The position numbers and the translations under genes are program-made. Positions 9,496-19,857 of a DNA stretch of 64,000 nucleotides are shown one piece after another. The DNA is from Candidatus Thorarchaeota archaeon. GTDB taxonomy: Archaea; Asgardarchaeota; Thorarchaeia; Thorarchaeales; Thorarchaeaceae. Below the pieces are notes generated by a model that was given only the letters and a program-made list of their open reading frames with translations, made no database searches and was not told the DNA's origin. Position 1 is the first letter of the stretch. The number at the start of each line of letters is the position of its first letter. The stretch covers positions 256,001-320,000 of the forward strand of contig JAWOEX010000028.1 in the NCBI GenBank assembly GCA_046482545.1, given 5' to 3'.

Positions 9496-11634
9496 ATGAA
9501 CAAGACGACTATCCCCAAACCGGAAAACGATGTACTAGCAGCCTACTTTAACAGTGCGAAGAAGATTGCAGATTTTATCGTGGAGGAAAAAGCAATTGAC
9601 GAAACGCAGGGACCCCTTGGCAGAAGTATCCTGCTCATAGCGACCGAGATACTTGATGCAAGGGGTGATGAATATGAAACACCTCCTCATGTAGCAGATG
9701 TACGGGAGAATCTTGAACGGGTATTCAGGGATGCTAGTGATGGCATAGGAGTAGAGGAATACATTGATTGCGCTACGCTGATGCTTTACAGGCTCATTTT
9801 CGGTAAATACACGCACGAAGACTTCAGGTATCTGTACCGTTGGTCTTTATCCGAAATCCGGCAGCAGAATGCGATAGAAGAATGGCTCCGGAGGGCGCTA
9901 GTGGTCCTTCTCCTATGCTCAAAAGAAGAGAAGGAAGATCGAAATATTCTCGATAGTGTGAGGGACTGGATAGAATACCTAGGCGCTCCACTCTGGCATG
10001 CGACCCAGTTTGAGACCGTCCTTGAAGATTTCGGGCTGGACTCGTCTATCCTACAAGAAAGAGAGATGCAATTTGTTGATACCCTTCGACGGCATTCACA
10101 GTACCTCAGAGAAGCAATAGAAGGGAAATCGTATCGTGAAGTGCGAGAAGCTACCAAGAGATGGCTTCCAGGTCGTCTATCTCAGAAGGTTTTTGACATA
10201 TACAAACAGACGGTTGTGCAGGCTGCTAGTGAAAGGATCTCTCGTGGTATGAAGATAAAGGAGGTAAGAAATGAGCTTGAAGGAATCATGCGAGAGCATG
10301 GTTTCCTGTCTGAGGGAGGAACACTTCTACCAGTGAAATTAGAGATTCTTGATTCGCCACCTACTCCAAGTGCAATAGATACTAAGACGCTTGAACTTAT
10401 TCCGCAAGAACTACAGATTGATTTGCTACCCACTATTGCGTATTCAGAGCCAACCGATAAGATAGAAATCTTGTTTCTAGGAGGGCCTCATATTGGTAGA
10501 AGTGGGATTCTCATCAAAACCAAAAATGGTGGGGTTCTGTTTGATTTCGGGCTCTCCGTAGCAAATCAGCGAATCCCCCAATGGGTTCCAGAGCTGGAAA
10601 TGATTGATAACGTTCTCATTACTCACGCTCACCTAGATCACGTCGGTGGACTGCCAATTCTATATGATCGCTATGATGGAAAGTGGTGCTCAGTAGGTCC
10701 AACTGCTGCAATATCTTTGTCCCTTCTGGAGGATGCTCTGAAAGTGGGCACCCCTACACCACCGCGGGGGAATGAACCATTGGAAAGAGTTTCACGATTT
10801 ACAAAGCGCAATATCGAGAAAGTCAGACAGAACTATATCCGACTTGAATCCGGCAAGAGCTATGAAGTTGGACCCGGTATCGTCGTGACCCCGATTGAAG
10901 CCTGCCATATCCATGGCAGTGTGGCGTATCTGATAGACATAGAAGGCAAGAAAATCCTATACACAGGAGACTTCAACCTTGACAAGAGCCTGCTCTTTCG
11001 GGGAGCAAACTTGCCCACAGATGCTGATGTAACCATTTTCGACGGCACATATTGGGGCAGAGAAGACTTCGATAGAGACAAGGTGAAGGAGCAAGTATCC
11101 GCTGCTACAAGGGAGTATGGACCTGTAATTATCCCGGCCTTTGCGGTTGGTCGAAGCCAAGAGATGCTGGTGCTATTGGAAGAACTGAAAATTACCGAAT
11201 CTCGTAATGTCATGGTTGCAGGACTTGCCGAATACATAACGAAGCTGTTGGGAGTTGAAGGAAATTGGCATGGAATGAAAAAGAACAAGTTGCATCTCGA
11301 CAAAGATGATATTCTTGTAGCTGGTAATGGGATGATGGCTGGGGGGTTGGCAAAAGCACATTTCAGAGAACATCGGAGAAATGAAGATGCTGCAGTGATT
11401 CTCTGCGGGTATTTGGCTCCCCGAACACCGGGCTGGAATCTCCTAAATGGTTTTGAACCCCACGACTGTCATGTAGAATATGCTAGATTAAGTGCACACA
11501 CTTCCGCTTCAAATCTTGAGGGTTATGTTAAAGATTGCTCGGGAAAGAAAATCATGGTGCATACACCGATAGAGAAATCTCCCCATGGAGTCCTTTGTCC
11601 AGGTTACAAGGAGCGAATAACACTAGACGTGTGA
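9496..11634 (+). CDS. beta-CASP metallo-beta-lactamase ribonuclease (CPSF-like) with a large N-terminal domain
   Basis: LFDFG, THAHLDH, HIHGS, YTGD, DGTY, IPAFAVGRSQE, LSAH, VH motifs. Confidence 0.85.
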   Translation: MNKTTIPKPENDVLAAYFNSAKKIADFIVEEKAIDETQGPLGRSILLIATEILDARGDEYETPPHVADVRENLERVFRDASDGIGVEEYIDCATLMLYRLIFGKYTHEDFRYLYRWSLSEIRQQNAIEEWLRRALVVLLLCSKEEKEDRNILDSVRDWIEYLGAPLWHATQFETVLEDFGLDSSILQEREMQFVDTLRRHSQYLREAIEGKSYREVREATKRWLPGRLSQKVFDIYKQTVVQAASERISRGMKIKEVRNELEGIMREHGFLSEGGTLLPVKLEILDSPPTPSAIDTKTLELIPQELQIDLLPTIAYSEPTDKIEILFLGGPHIGRSGILIKTKNGGVLFDFGLSVANQRIPQWVPELEMIDNVLITHAHLDHVGGLPILYDRYDGKWCSVGPTAAISLSLLEDALKVGTPTPPRGNEPLERVSRFTKRNIEKVRQNYIRLESGKSYEVGPGIVVTPIEACHIHGSVAYLIDIEGKKILYTGDFNLDKSLLFRGANLPTDADVTIFDGTYWGREDFDRDKVKEQVSAATREYGPVIIPAFAVGRSQEMLVLLEELKITESRNVMVAGLAEYITKLLGVEGNWHGMKKNKLHLDKDDILVAGNGMMAGGLAKAHFREHRRNEDAAVILCGYLAPRTPGWNLLNGFEPHDCHVEYARLSAHTSASNLEGYVKDCSGKKIMVHTPIEKSPHGVLCPGYKERITLDV

Positions 11635-11644
11635 AAAACATCCG

Positions 11645-13612
11645 CTAGGCAATAATTTCCAGTGTGCCACTTAAAACAAGCTTCTGAGCTACGAATTTGA
11701 GCGGGCTTAAATTGACGTTCAGTCCATCCACGATTTCATTTAGTGGTGTCTTACCATCACAGCGGCTGACAAATCTCTCTATGAATTCACGACCGTACGG
11801 CGAATCCTTTGGTGGCTCTCCCGCCTTTGCGAGAATAGTATCCTCGGATATCTCTACTTTGAAGTCAATCCAATCATACGCTGCCAGTATCTGTAGAGCT
11901 CCCATAACAATCTCTCTCGGAAGATCCAGACTCCGTACTATTCCGCCAACTGTTGAGACCCCATCGATAGCCTCAGTCACTTTAACGATTGCTCTGCCAA
12001 CTTCCCGGTTATCGAATGGTATCCGTTTTCCTGCTTCTCGTGATCTGGCGATGTAATCCAAGCTGAGAGGGCGGAGGGGTAATTCAGACAATACAGTGAA
12101 TACGGACTCTTCGAAATCTTTCAAATCGATGTTCTCCGCACCCCATGCTTCTTCGAACATCTCTTCTATATCCAGTAGCACAGAAGCCATCTTCTGCCGT
12201 TGGGACGCCTCTTCTTTCTCATTGGTGACAACGGTTGCTAATAGGAAATGGTCAGATTTCTCAATGAAAACATGGTTCCCCTCATGCTCAATAGTCTCCA
12301 GAGTATCAGTTCTTCCCGACTCTTCCGCAGATGGCTGAGTAATGGAGCCAAGAGAATCGAGGGCTGATATGAGAGAACTAATGCTGGTCGAGTCGATTTC
12401 CTCCTCAGTGTATCTCAGACTATAAACTGGCTTTAGAACTCCGTGGTCTTCATATATGAGAACCGTATGCAGAATTTCTGTTTTCTTGTCTTCTGCTTCT
12501 TGTTTCTTTTCTTCGGCTGCATGTTTAGGTGTTTGTTCAGCCTCAGAAGCAACAGTCTTCCGCTTAGTATCAGCAACTGTATTTCCTGAATTGCCAGCTG
12601 GTGTTACCTCGGCGTTAGGTTCTGTGTTCATGTAGGGCTCTGATATCCATTCAGATTCAGTATCCGGCGCTACATCAGTTCCTGGACGAGACTCAAATGG
12701 ATCATCGATTTCTTCTGACCCTTTCCGAACGGTTATCATTTCACTGATTGGTCTCTCTGGCAGATTCACTCCTACGGTTTTTGCTGACACCTTGAGCATA
12801 AAGCGGATGAATTCCTCCCGCCGAGTCTTATCTGTGGCTACCATGGGGAATGTGGGTGCTCCAACCAACCTCTTGATTTTATCAGCCCGCATCGATTCAG
12901 GAAGGTCTTGCTTATTCGCAATGATGAACAAAGGAACTGCAGGAGCTTCCTTCTTGATGCTACGTAAGAGGGTTTTCGTCTGCATCACGTTTCTGAAACT
13001 GCTGTCGCTGATAAGGAATATTACGTCGGTACCCTGGAAATAGAAGCTCCAGAGATCCTGAAAAACAGCCTGTCCAGCGAAATCCCAAATGGTCACCAAG
13101 AAGGTACCGAATTGGATGGTCTCTGATGAATCAACAGCAACGTTGATGGTAGGTACATAGCCTCCTGGTGCTGGCTCCTTTCCGAACAGTAGCCTAAGCA
13201 AAGTAGTCTTGCCGACACCACCCGACCCCACAAAGGACACTTTGAAGCGAGTGAAAATCAGTTCTCCCAGCAAATCATCTAGATTATCCCTGATGTAACT
13301 GATGCGATTACCTCTGAAAGCGGTTTCAAGTCGGGCTGCACCTTCCCGTACTTTGTGTTTGATAGTACGATCTTCATCTCTTCCATCCGTAGCAAACAGC
13401 AGAAGTCGGCCGCCTTCTATCGGAGAATGGAATACCTTGTGGTCGCCCGCATAGACAGGGGTATCTTTCGCCAGACCTTCAGTCTCTTCGAGGTCATCTA
13501 GACCTGCAAGGAATTCTGAGATATGGTCATCCGTGAAGTCTATCTTCCAGAAGCGGGTGTGTGCCAACACCTCTGCTGACTCCCGGTCGATGACAAGCAC
13601 ATTATGAATCAA
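11645..13612 (-). CDS. Multidomain protein: longin-like / Arf-like small GTPase / longin-like / tandem wHTH
   Basis: G1 GSGGVGKT, G2 YVPTI, G3 WDFAGQ, G4 NKQD; flanking segments show longin-type patterns and IDG/CDG-initiated wHTH repeats. Confidence 0.8.
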   Translation of the reverse strand: MIHNVLVIDRESAEVLAHTRFWKIDFTDDHISEFLAGLDDLEETEGLAKDTPVYAGDHKVFHSPIEGGRLLLFATDGRDEDRTIKHKVREGAARLETAFRGNRISYIRDNLDDLLGELIFTRFKVSFVGSGGVGKTTLLRLLFGKEPAPGGYVPTINVAVDSSETIQFGTFLVTIWDFAGQAVFQDLWSFYFQGTDVIFLISDSSFRNVMQTKTLLRSIKKEAPAVPLFIIANKQDLPESMRADKIKRLVGAPTFPMVATDKTRREEFIRFMLKVSAKTVGVNLPERPISEMITVRKGSEEIDDPFESRPGTDVAPDTESEWISEPYMNTEPNAEVTPAGNSGNTVADTKRKTVASEAEQTPKHAAEEKKQEAEDKKTEILHTVLIYEDHGVLKPVYSLRYTEEEIDSTSISSLISALDSLGSITQPSAEESGRTDTLETIEHEGNHVFIEKSDHFLLATVVTNEKEEASQRQKMASVLLDIEEMFEEAWGAENIDLKDFEESVFTVLSELPLRPLSLDYIARSREAGKRIPFDNREVGRAIVKVTEAIDGVSTVGGIVRSLDLPREIVMGALQILAAYDWIDFKVEISEDTILAKAGEPPKDSPYGREFIERFVSRCDGKTPLNEIVDGLNVNLSPLKFVAQKLVLSGTLEIIA

Positions 13613-13703
13613 ATATCCCAGCTCCCTATGGCATCAAAAATTTTCTTTCTTTGTGTTCAAATTGTTTATCTTCATTTATATCTATGAACGTTTTGGAGGC
13701 GCA

Positions 13704-15443
13704 TTATTCTCTGAAATCAACATAGCCTCGGGCATACATCTGCTTGAAGACATGCGTAACTATACTGATTTCAATCTTTGTAGTGTCAGCTATCGTCGAT
13801 AATGAACGCACCCCATCAATCATCTCTAATATTTCTCGCAGTTCATTGTACTGTTTCATAAAGTCATCATGAGGCTCGTGTAATAAGACTGGAATGTCTT
13901 CATCGTAAATTCTGAGCTCCGTATCAATGGCGCCCATTCTCCTGAGGAAATATAGCCCACCCAGTGTCATTTTGGACTCACTGCCCATGGTAATATCGCC
14001 CAAATCAGCTTCACTGTTGATGCTATCCCAGACAGCATGCAAGAAATCCTTCATCATCGGAAAACGAAAACGGTCCCAATCTGGTTCCTTAGATCTGATG
14101 GGGACTTCTCGCGATGGCCACGAATAGGGGGGGATAGTCGCAAGCAGCTTCAGTGTGAAAGGTGGATGGGCGTACAAATCTCCCGGATTTGGTAGTGGAG
14201 GGGGAGGGTTTTCAAGATATAACGCAGGGAGTTTTCTAAACCTAGACCTGATGTCCTCTAGGTCTTGATCCAGTCCAGTAATGAGCGTGAATAGTAGGTT
14301 CTCCTGTTCGACGATTGCGTATCCTTGCAGCCCCGTTCGAATTACAAAGGTCTCTGCTGAGTCCTGATCAAGACGAAATGTAGAAATCGCTGCTATGACG
14401 TTTGGAGCCCTTTGATGTTCTGTATTCTCTTCATAAAGGTAGGCATAGAGTGTCTCTGCCACATCTTTGTCGATAACCAAGAACTCTTGATGACCTTCCA
14501 TGTCCGAGTCAGGCACACTCGTCTCATCTGGTTTCGATTCTGGTTCTAGCGATTCTATTCTCCATCGCGCCATAGCCAATTCTGGATGCATATCAATGAA
14601 ACCAGCAATTGCCATTACGGAAAGAAGCAAAGCAAGAGGCTCCTCCGAGACTGAATCACAAAGCATGAGCTCATACTTTTCTTCAAACTCTCGGCAGGTT
14701 TGCAGTTCTTTGTCACTACCAGGAACAATCAATATCGGAACCGAAAGTTCTGAATAAATCTCCTCAGCAAGACGCTCTACTCTTTCTTCCTTTATATCAG
14801 ACGAAGAAAAAACAATTGAGACAACATCGATGCTGTTCAGTTCGGTTTGAGACAATCCACCAAGGGCATCAATAGGGTCTAGAATCTTGCATTGGACCCT
14901 ATACGGACCAATGTTAAAGGGCAGAGTGGAGATTGGCTCTTGGCATGGCTTCAGATCAATGATTTTGGAAAGTGCCGTTCCTGTTTTGTTCTGGAATGCA
15001 GGATTCTTACTGGAGAAAAAGACAAGTAGAATATCCTTCAAGAGAAATCTATCTGCCAACTGAGTAAGGATTTGCTGCGGTTCGAAACTTGTTTTCTCAT
15101 GATATCGTTTAGCGAGCTTTTTACCCAGACTCCTTATCCGCTCAAGCTCATCTTCATCTGCGGGTTCTTTTTTTGCAAGACAGACGAGTACCACGTTTTC
15201 CTTCAGTGGACTGACATAGGCTACACGAGAATCGATAGTAGTAACAAACGGAATATCAGGATTGTAGTCCTCATAGACTTCGTAGAACTGGCCTAGAATG
15301 TCATCTAGCGAATCCTTTTCGATCCTTTCTTCCACATAAGAAACCTCAGCCAGTACTTGCAGGTTTCTCAAGTCTAGAAGCTGAACGCTTTGTAACACCA
15401 CGGCTCTCCTAACTCCAGCTGGTAACACGGACAATTTAAGCAA
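13704..15443 (-). CDS. Paralogue of the adjacent protein with a degenerate GTPase-like domain
   Basis: Collinear similarity to 11645..13612 but no P-loop, G3 or G4 motif; true start probably GTG near 15398-15401 after AGGAG. Confidence 0.65.
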   Translation of the reverse strand: MLKLSVLPAGVRRAVVLQSVQLLDLRNLQVLAEVSYVEERIEKDSLDDILGQFYEVYEDYNPDIPFVTTIDSRVAYVSPLKENVVLVCLAKKEPADEDELERIRSLGKKLAKRYHEKTSFEPQQILTQLADRFLLKDILLVFFSSKNPAFQNKTGTALSKIIDLKPCQEPISTLPFNIGPYRVQCKILDPIDALGGLSQTELNSIDVVSIVFSSSDIKEERVERLAEEIYSELSVPILIVPGSDKELQTCREFEEKYELMLCDSVSEEPLALLLSVMAIAGFIDMHPELAMARWRIESLEPESKPDETSVPDSDMEGHQEFLVIDKDVAETLYAYLYEENTEHQRAPNVIAAISTFRLDQDSAETFVIRTGLQGYAIVEQENLLFTLITGLDQDLEDIRSRFRKLPALYLENPPPPLPNPGDLYAHPPFTLKLLATIPPYSWPSREVPIRSKEPDWDRFRFPMMKDFLHAVWDSINSEADLGDITMGSESKMTLGGLYFLRRMGAIDTELRIYDEDIPVLLHEPHDDFMKQYNELREILEMIDGVRSLSTIADTTKIEISIVTHVFKQMYARGYVDFRE

Positions 15444-15601
15444 TTTCTGTCTGTAGAGAGCGGATCTCCTTTCTACCTGGCATCTAAAAGTAACACTTGA
15501 AGAAAAATCTCATGCAAGGAAGTGCACGGATTATGTTCATCGAGGGTGTAAATGGGGACTCGGTTTTTTGTATTTGTATCTTAACAATTCATCTCAATCA
15601 C

Positions 15602-16258
15602 TTAGAAACTCCAACCTCTCTTTCTGTCTACTACGTTCCAAATACACTTTGCAAGCCCTTTCGACATATTCACCGGGTAGTCATCCTCATGCAGGAATTT
15701 TCCCCGTGGAGCAGATGCTTCGGATGTATCATTGCACGTATGAATATCGATACCAACTTCCTTGAGAGCCGCTTCGACCTGACCGAATTCCTCTCGTGAA
15801 CAGCGTGTTCCAAATCCAAGGGCATCCAGTACTCTGAATCCATAAGCTGTCAGCCAGAGGGTTTTGAGATTGATATCAGGACCAGCTGTGTAAACAACTA
15901 CGCGTTCCATTTCTTGTCGACGTAGGTCGAGAATGGCATCGGCATGGCGTATGATATCCGGTCTATCCAACATTCTGTCAAGGTCAAATCTGATAGTTGT
16001 GCCACCATTTGCAATCTGTTTTCTCCACCAATTTAGCACTAGCTCCTTGATTCGGTTTTGTGACTCTCCAGACTGTATTCTGTCGAAGATGATATCCGGA
16101 GGAATATCGATGAGACCTATACCACCAATTCCCAGTATCTTGGGCACATGTTGCATAAGGCGATAGTATCTCCATGCGGGCTCGTAGTACCTTATCTTGG
16201 CAACCCGCTTTCGTAGGCGGTGAAGACTATAGAATGTACTCGAAGACGCTATTCTCAT
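15602..16258 (-). CDS. Hypothetical protein
   Basis: 218-aa ORF co-oriented with neighbours; real start may be internal (MQHVPKILG); no recognised motif. Confidence 0.55.
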   Translation of the reverse strand: MRIASSSTFYSLHRLRKRVAKIRYYEPAWRYYRLMQHVPKILGIGGIGLIDIPPDIIFDRIQSGESQNRIKELVLNWWRKQIANGGTTIRFDLDRMLDRPDIIRHADAILDLRRQEMERVVVYTAGPDINLKTLWLTAYGFRVLDALGFGTRCSREEFGQVEAALKEVGIDIHTCNDTSEASAPRGKFLHEDDYPVNMSKGLAKCIWNVVDRKRGWSF

Positions 16259-16417
16259 CTAGTGGTCATTCTTCAGACCTGATAATAAATTCCGCTCATT
16301 ATTGTCATCTGTATCTTAGACACACTGCAACTATCATCTGTTATAGTCCGTGAAACATCGTAGGAAGAGATAGAAAATTCAACGAGTTGAAGCCTTTCAA
16401 AAACGGTTAGCAGGTTA

Positions 16418-16494
16418 TGGAGCCGGCGTTGGGATTTGCACCCAAGTAGAACAGCTTTGCAGGCTGTCGCGTATGACTACTCCGCCACGCCGGC
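16418..16494 (-). tRNA. tRNA-Cys (GCA), CCA encoded
   Basis: GCCGGCG/CGCCGGC acceptor stem, U73 discriminator plus CCA, anticodon arm ACAGC-CTGCAAA-GCTGT, T arm TTGGG-TGCAAAT-CCCAA. Confidence 0.93.
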
Positions 16495-16626
16495 GTATCT
16501 ATTGAACACAACCTCGAAGCGGACTGTTGATACTCCGATTTTAAGGATATCGGCAAAAATCACCGACATATGCCTTCCTCTTTCGGTCTGATAGATGGTT
16601 CTGATTTTGTGATTATTAGTGATACG

Positions 16627-18684
16627 CTAAGGCAATGGACTGAACTGCAACTCACTTCTTAATCTAATATCGCGGGATGATGGACCTACGATAATCTTGA
16701 AGGTTCCAGGTTCAATCACCCATCTTCCATTCTGAATGTCATAAAAAGCCAAATCTTGAGCTTCCACCGTAAGGTTAGCTATTTCTGTTTCACCAGCAGC
16801 CAAGCTAACTTTATCAAAACTAGCAAGTTCCTTTGGTGGTCGCTGAACGCCGGCATCCAAGTTAGAATAATAGAGCTGGACCACTTCGGCCCCGGCTCTC
16901 TGGCCAGTATTCTGTATTTCTACTTTGACATGAACCCTATCTTCTATGCTTGACAGGGTCTCCTTCTCGACGCCGAGATTTCTGTAAGCGAAATCAGTGT
17001 AAGAGAGACCAAATCCAAAGGGAAACAGCGGCTCAATTGCTTTCTCATCAAACCATCTATACCCTACGAATATACCCTCATCATAGTATACTCTTCGGTC
17101 GTTATCTCCCGGGTATGTTCGACGTGAACCAGTAGCATGGGCAGGAGAATCAACCAGCTGCTTTGGGAAGGTGATTGGGAGCTTGCCAGAGGGGTTGACA
17201 TCGCCGAACAGAACGTTGGTTATTGCTCTCCCGCTTTCCATGCCTCCGTACCAGGCTTCAACCACAGCAGGCACATTCCCCAGCCACTCACTCATCGCAA
17301 GCGGGCTGCCAGATATGATAACAACTATAGTATTTGGATTTATTTCCGCAGTTTCAATAATCAAGTCAATCTGTTCATAGGGCAGCTTAATTGATACCCG
17401 ATCACTTGATTCGGAATCTCCACCAGCACTGTGATCTAAACCTGCAAATATGATAGCAACGTCGGCTTCAGCCGGGTCAGATACAATATCGATACGCTCA
17501 TCACATTTCTCTTTCATGCCTTCAAGAGGCGTTATCTCCCAAGGCGGAACGACAGCTGATGACCCGCCGTACAGAAATCGCCCAAATTCTTTGTCAAGGT
17601 TCGGACCCAGAAGGGCTATGCTGTCGATTTCGTTGGTATCAAGCGGCAGGATGTTTTTCTTATTCTTTAGAAGAACGATGGATTCCTCTGCTATTCTTCG
17701 AACCAGATTCTGATGTTGTCGAGTATTTCTCATTCCACGGGGCAGTGTTTCCTTGCTGTCGAATAGACCAGCGAGAAACATGACTCTGATAAATCGGCGT
17801 ACGAGATCATCCAAGACAGCATCTGAAAACTTTCGCTTATTGTAGGCCTTCACAAGGGCTTTCATGCTGTATGCTCTTGGCAGAGGCATCTCAAGTGATA
17901 GTCCGGCATTGACGCAAGAGGCTGCAGATTCGACATTCTCGGTCGCAAACCAATCCGACATAACAAATCCTTTAAAGTTCCAGTCTTCCATCAGCGTTTT
18001 TCGGAGCAGTTTCTCATTCTCACAGCAGTATGTACCGTTAACTTTGTTGTAGGCTGCCATGACTGCCCACGGATCTGCTTCTTTCACGACTGCTTCAAAT
18101 GCTCGCAGATAAATCTCATGCAGAGTTCGTTCATCAACTTCTGAGCTGCCGGACTGTCTGAAGGTTTCCTGGTTGTTTGCCACATAGTGCTTTATGCATG
18201 TTCCAACGCGGAGACTCTGAACAGACGTCACGAACGGAATTGCAATTTCTTTGGTGAGATAAGGATCTTCACTGAAGTATTCAAAGGTTCGACCGTTCAA
18301 TGGCGTACGGTGGATATTGATGCCGGGCGCCAATATCATGTGTTTACCTATTGAACGGACTTCGCGACCAATGGCAAGTCCGAGTTCGCTAGATAACCCA
18401 CGATTCCATGTTGCTGCAAGGGCAATGGGTGCAGGAAATCGAGTACATTTCTTGAAATTGCCAGAGTGTCGGGCCACTCCCAGAGGTCCATCGGTCATTC
18501 CGAATTGCGGTACCCCCAGACGTTTGATAGGCGTGGTTGAATAGAAAGACAGTATCGGACGGCTGGAAAGAAGACGAAGCTTCTCGTCGACTGTAAGAAG
18601 AGAAAGCAGTTCTTCTGTTCTAGTGTTGATGCTTAATTCTTCGTTCAGGTACCGAAACTCTGATGATAGGGGGTCCGACTTCAT
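16627..18684 (-). CDS. Glycoside hydrolase family 3 beta-glucosidase
   Basis: DGPLG, APGINIHRTPLNGRTFEYFSEDP, KHYVAN, VMSDW nucleophile, Fn3-like C-terminus. Confidence 0.93.
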   Translation of the reverse strand: MKSDPLSSEFRYLNEELSINTRTEELLSLLTVDEKLRLLSSRPILSFYSTTPIKRLGVPQFGMTDGPLGVARHSGNFKKCTRFPAPIALAATWNRGLSSELGLAIGREVRSIGKHMILAPGINIHRTPLNGRTFEYFSEDPYLTKEIAIPFVTSVQSLRVGTCIKHYVANNQETFRQSGSSEVDERTLHEIYLRAFEAVVKEADPWAVMAAYNKVNGTYCCENEKLLRKTLMEDWNFKGFVMSDWFATENVESAASCVNAGLSLEMPLPRAYSMKALVKAYNKRKFSDAVLDDLVRRFIRVMFLAGLFDSKETLPRGMRNTRQHQNLVRRIAEESIVLLKNKKNILPLDTNEIDSIALLGPNLDKEFGRFLYGGSSAVVPPWEITPLEGMKEKCDERIDIVSDPAEADVAIIFAGLDHSAGGDSESSDRVSIKLPYEQIDLIIETAEINPNTIVVIISGSPLAMSEWLGNVPAVVEAWYGGMESGRAITNVLFGDVNPSGKLPITFPKQLVDSPAHATGSRRTYPGDNDRRVYYDEGIFVGYRWFDEKAIEPLFPFGFGLSYTDFAYRNLGVEKETLSSIEDRVHVKVEIQNTGQRAGAEVVQLYYSNLDAGVQRPPKELASFDKVSLAAGETEIANLTVEAQDLAFYDIQNGRWVIEPGTFKIIVGPSSRDIRLRSELQFSPLP

Positions 18685-18776
18685 GCGAGGAGCATAGCCA
18701 ACTATGCGATATAAGGCACATGGATAGGATTCGGGCTATGATTAGATTTTTCATTGGTATAGTATATCCAAGTTAT

Positions 18777-19076
18777 ATGACCCAAATGAGAACCAAAACA
18801 GTCCTTCGAGACAAAAAGATTCTCAGAATGGAAGCCGGCTCCACTAAGAGAATACGTGCAACCGCGCAGAAGAACGTAGGTAGACTTGTTGACATGGGAA
18901 AACTCCTGCGGATTATGGGTCTCGATAGAGAAAACAGACTCGATATGTTGGAAGGTCTCTGGGAAACAGAATATCATATCTGGCTCTGTTACGATGGCCA
19001 TCAGCACCTTGTGTACCTGAGCGAGAATGAAAGCCGGCCCGAGGACTTGACGATTGATGCGTATCCTTGGCAGTAG
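18777..19076 (+). CDS. Hypothetical protein (~100 aa)
   Basis: Globular-looking ORF in the gap between the GH3 and TPR genes; start uncertain. Confidence 0.5.
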   Translation: MTQMRTKTVLRDKKILRMEAGSTKRIRATAQKNVGRLVDMGKLLRIMGLDRENRLDMLEGLWETEYHIWLCYDGHQHLVYLSENESRPEDLTIDAYPWQ

Positions 19077-19092
19077 GAGAAAACTGGGTTTA

Positions 19093-19857
19093 TTACTTGG
19101 TTTCTTCTGTTCGTTTCTTAGCGCTGTCTACAACTGAAAGAATCTTCTGGCGAAAATCTTTCGGGAATTTCCATCCACGTCTTTCCATGGCTTCAAGCAA
19201 ATGCTCCAATTCAGCTGTGATACGCCGAATCTCATGGCGTAGCTCTTCAGTACGATTGTCACTTTCAAGAAATTCAGATGGCAGAGCCTCAAACATGGCT
19301 TCAACGTACTTCATTTGAGATAGCAGATTGTTGGCCAGTTCCTCCGAAGAGTCGATATCATAACCTGCTGCAGCAGCCTTGTGATCTAAATTGACTTCTT
19401 GAATCATCAAGACACGACGGATAGCGTCATAGGCGTGCCACTCCTGCGGGAAACGATTTGCATGACGCTCAGCGATGGCCATTCCCTCTTCATTCCGATT
19501 CTCCTCCATCAGGATTCGGCATAGGTCTTCAGCTACTCGATGGCTCTTGGGTCTTTCTCTTATCTGTTTCTTGTAGAGTTTGATAGCTTCTCTGACCTGA
19601 AGAGAACTGTCCAGAAGACGGCCAAGTGATACAACTGCTTTTTCGTGGTAGGGGTGATTTCCCAGGACCTCTCTGAGCAACCGTTCAGCCTCTTCGTCTC
19701 TGGCCTCACCCATGAGAGCCTCGGCCAGCCCGGTTTTGATATCGGCATTATCCCCGAATCGCTCTAACGCCTGTTGGAATACCTCTACTGCTTCTTCTGG
19801 GTCACCTTCTTCTATGAGCCGGTAACCTTTGTCAATGACCTCTTTTGGTGAATCCAT
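19093..19857 (-). CDS. Tetratricopeptide repeat protein
   Basis: Repeated TPR patterns (EEAVEVFQQAL, EEAERLLREVL, REAIKLYKKQI). Confidence 0.8.
   Translation of the reverse strand: MDSPKEVIDKGYRLIEEGDPEEAVEVFQQALERFGDNADIKTGLAEALMGEARDEEAERLLREVLGNHPYHEKAVVSLGRLLDSSLQVREAIKLYKKQIRERPKSHRVAEDLCRILMEENRNEEGMAIAERHANRFPQEWHAYDAIRRVLMIQEVNLDHKAAAAGYDIDSSEELANNLLSQMKYVEAMFEALPSEFLESDNRTEELRHEIRRITAELEHLLEAMERRGWKFPKDFRQKILSVVDSAKKRTEETK

Noticed and set aside
16495-19076. Genomic island integrated at tRNA-Cys carrying the GH3 gene
   Set aside because: The GH3 gene lies 5' of the tRNA; no integrase or duplicated tRNA 3' end was seen
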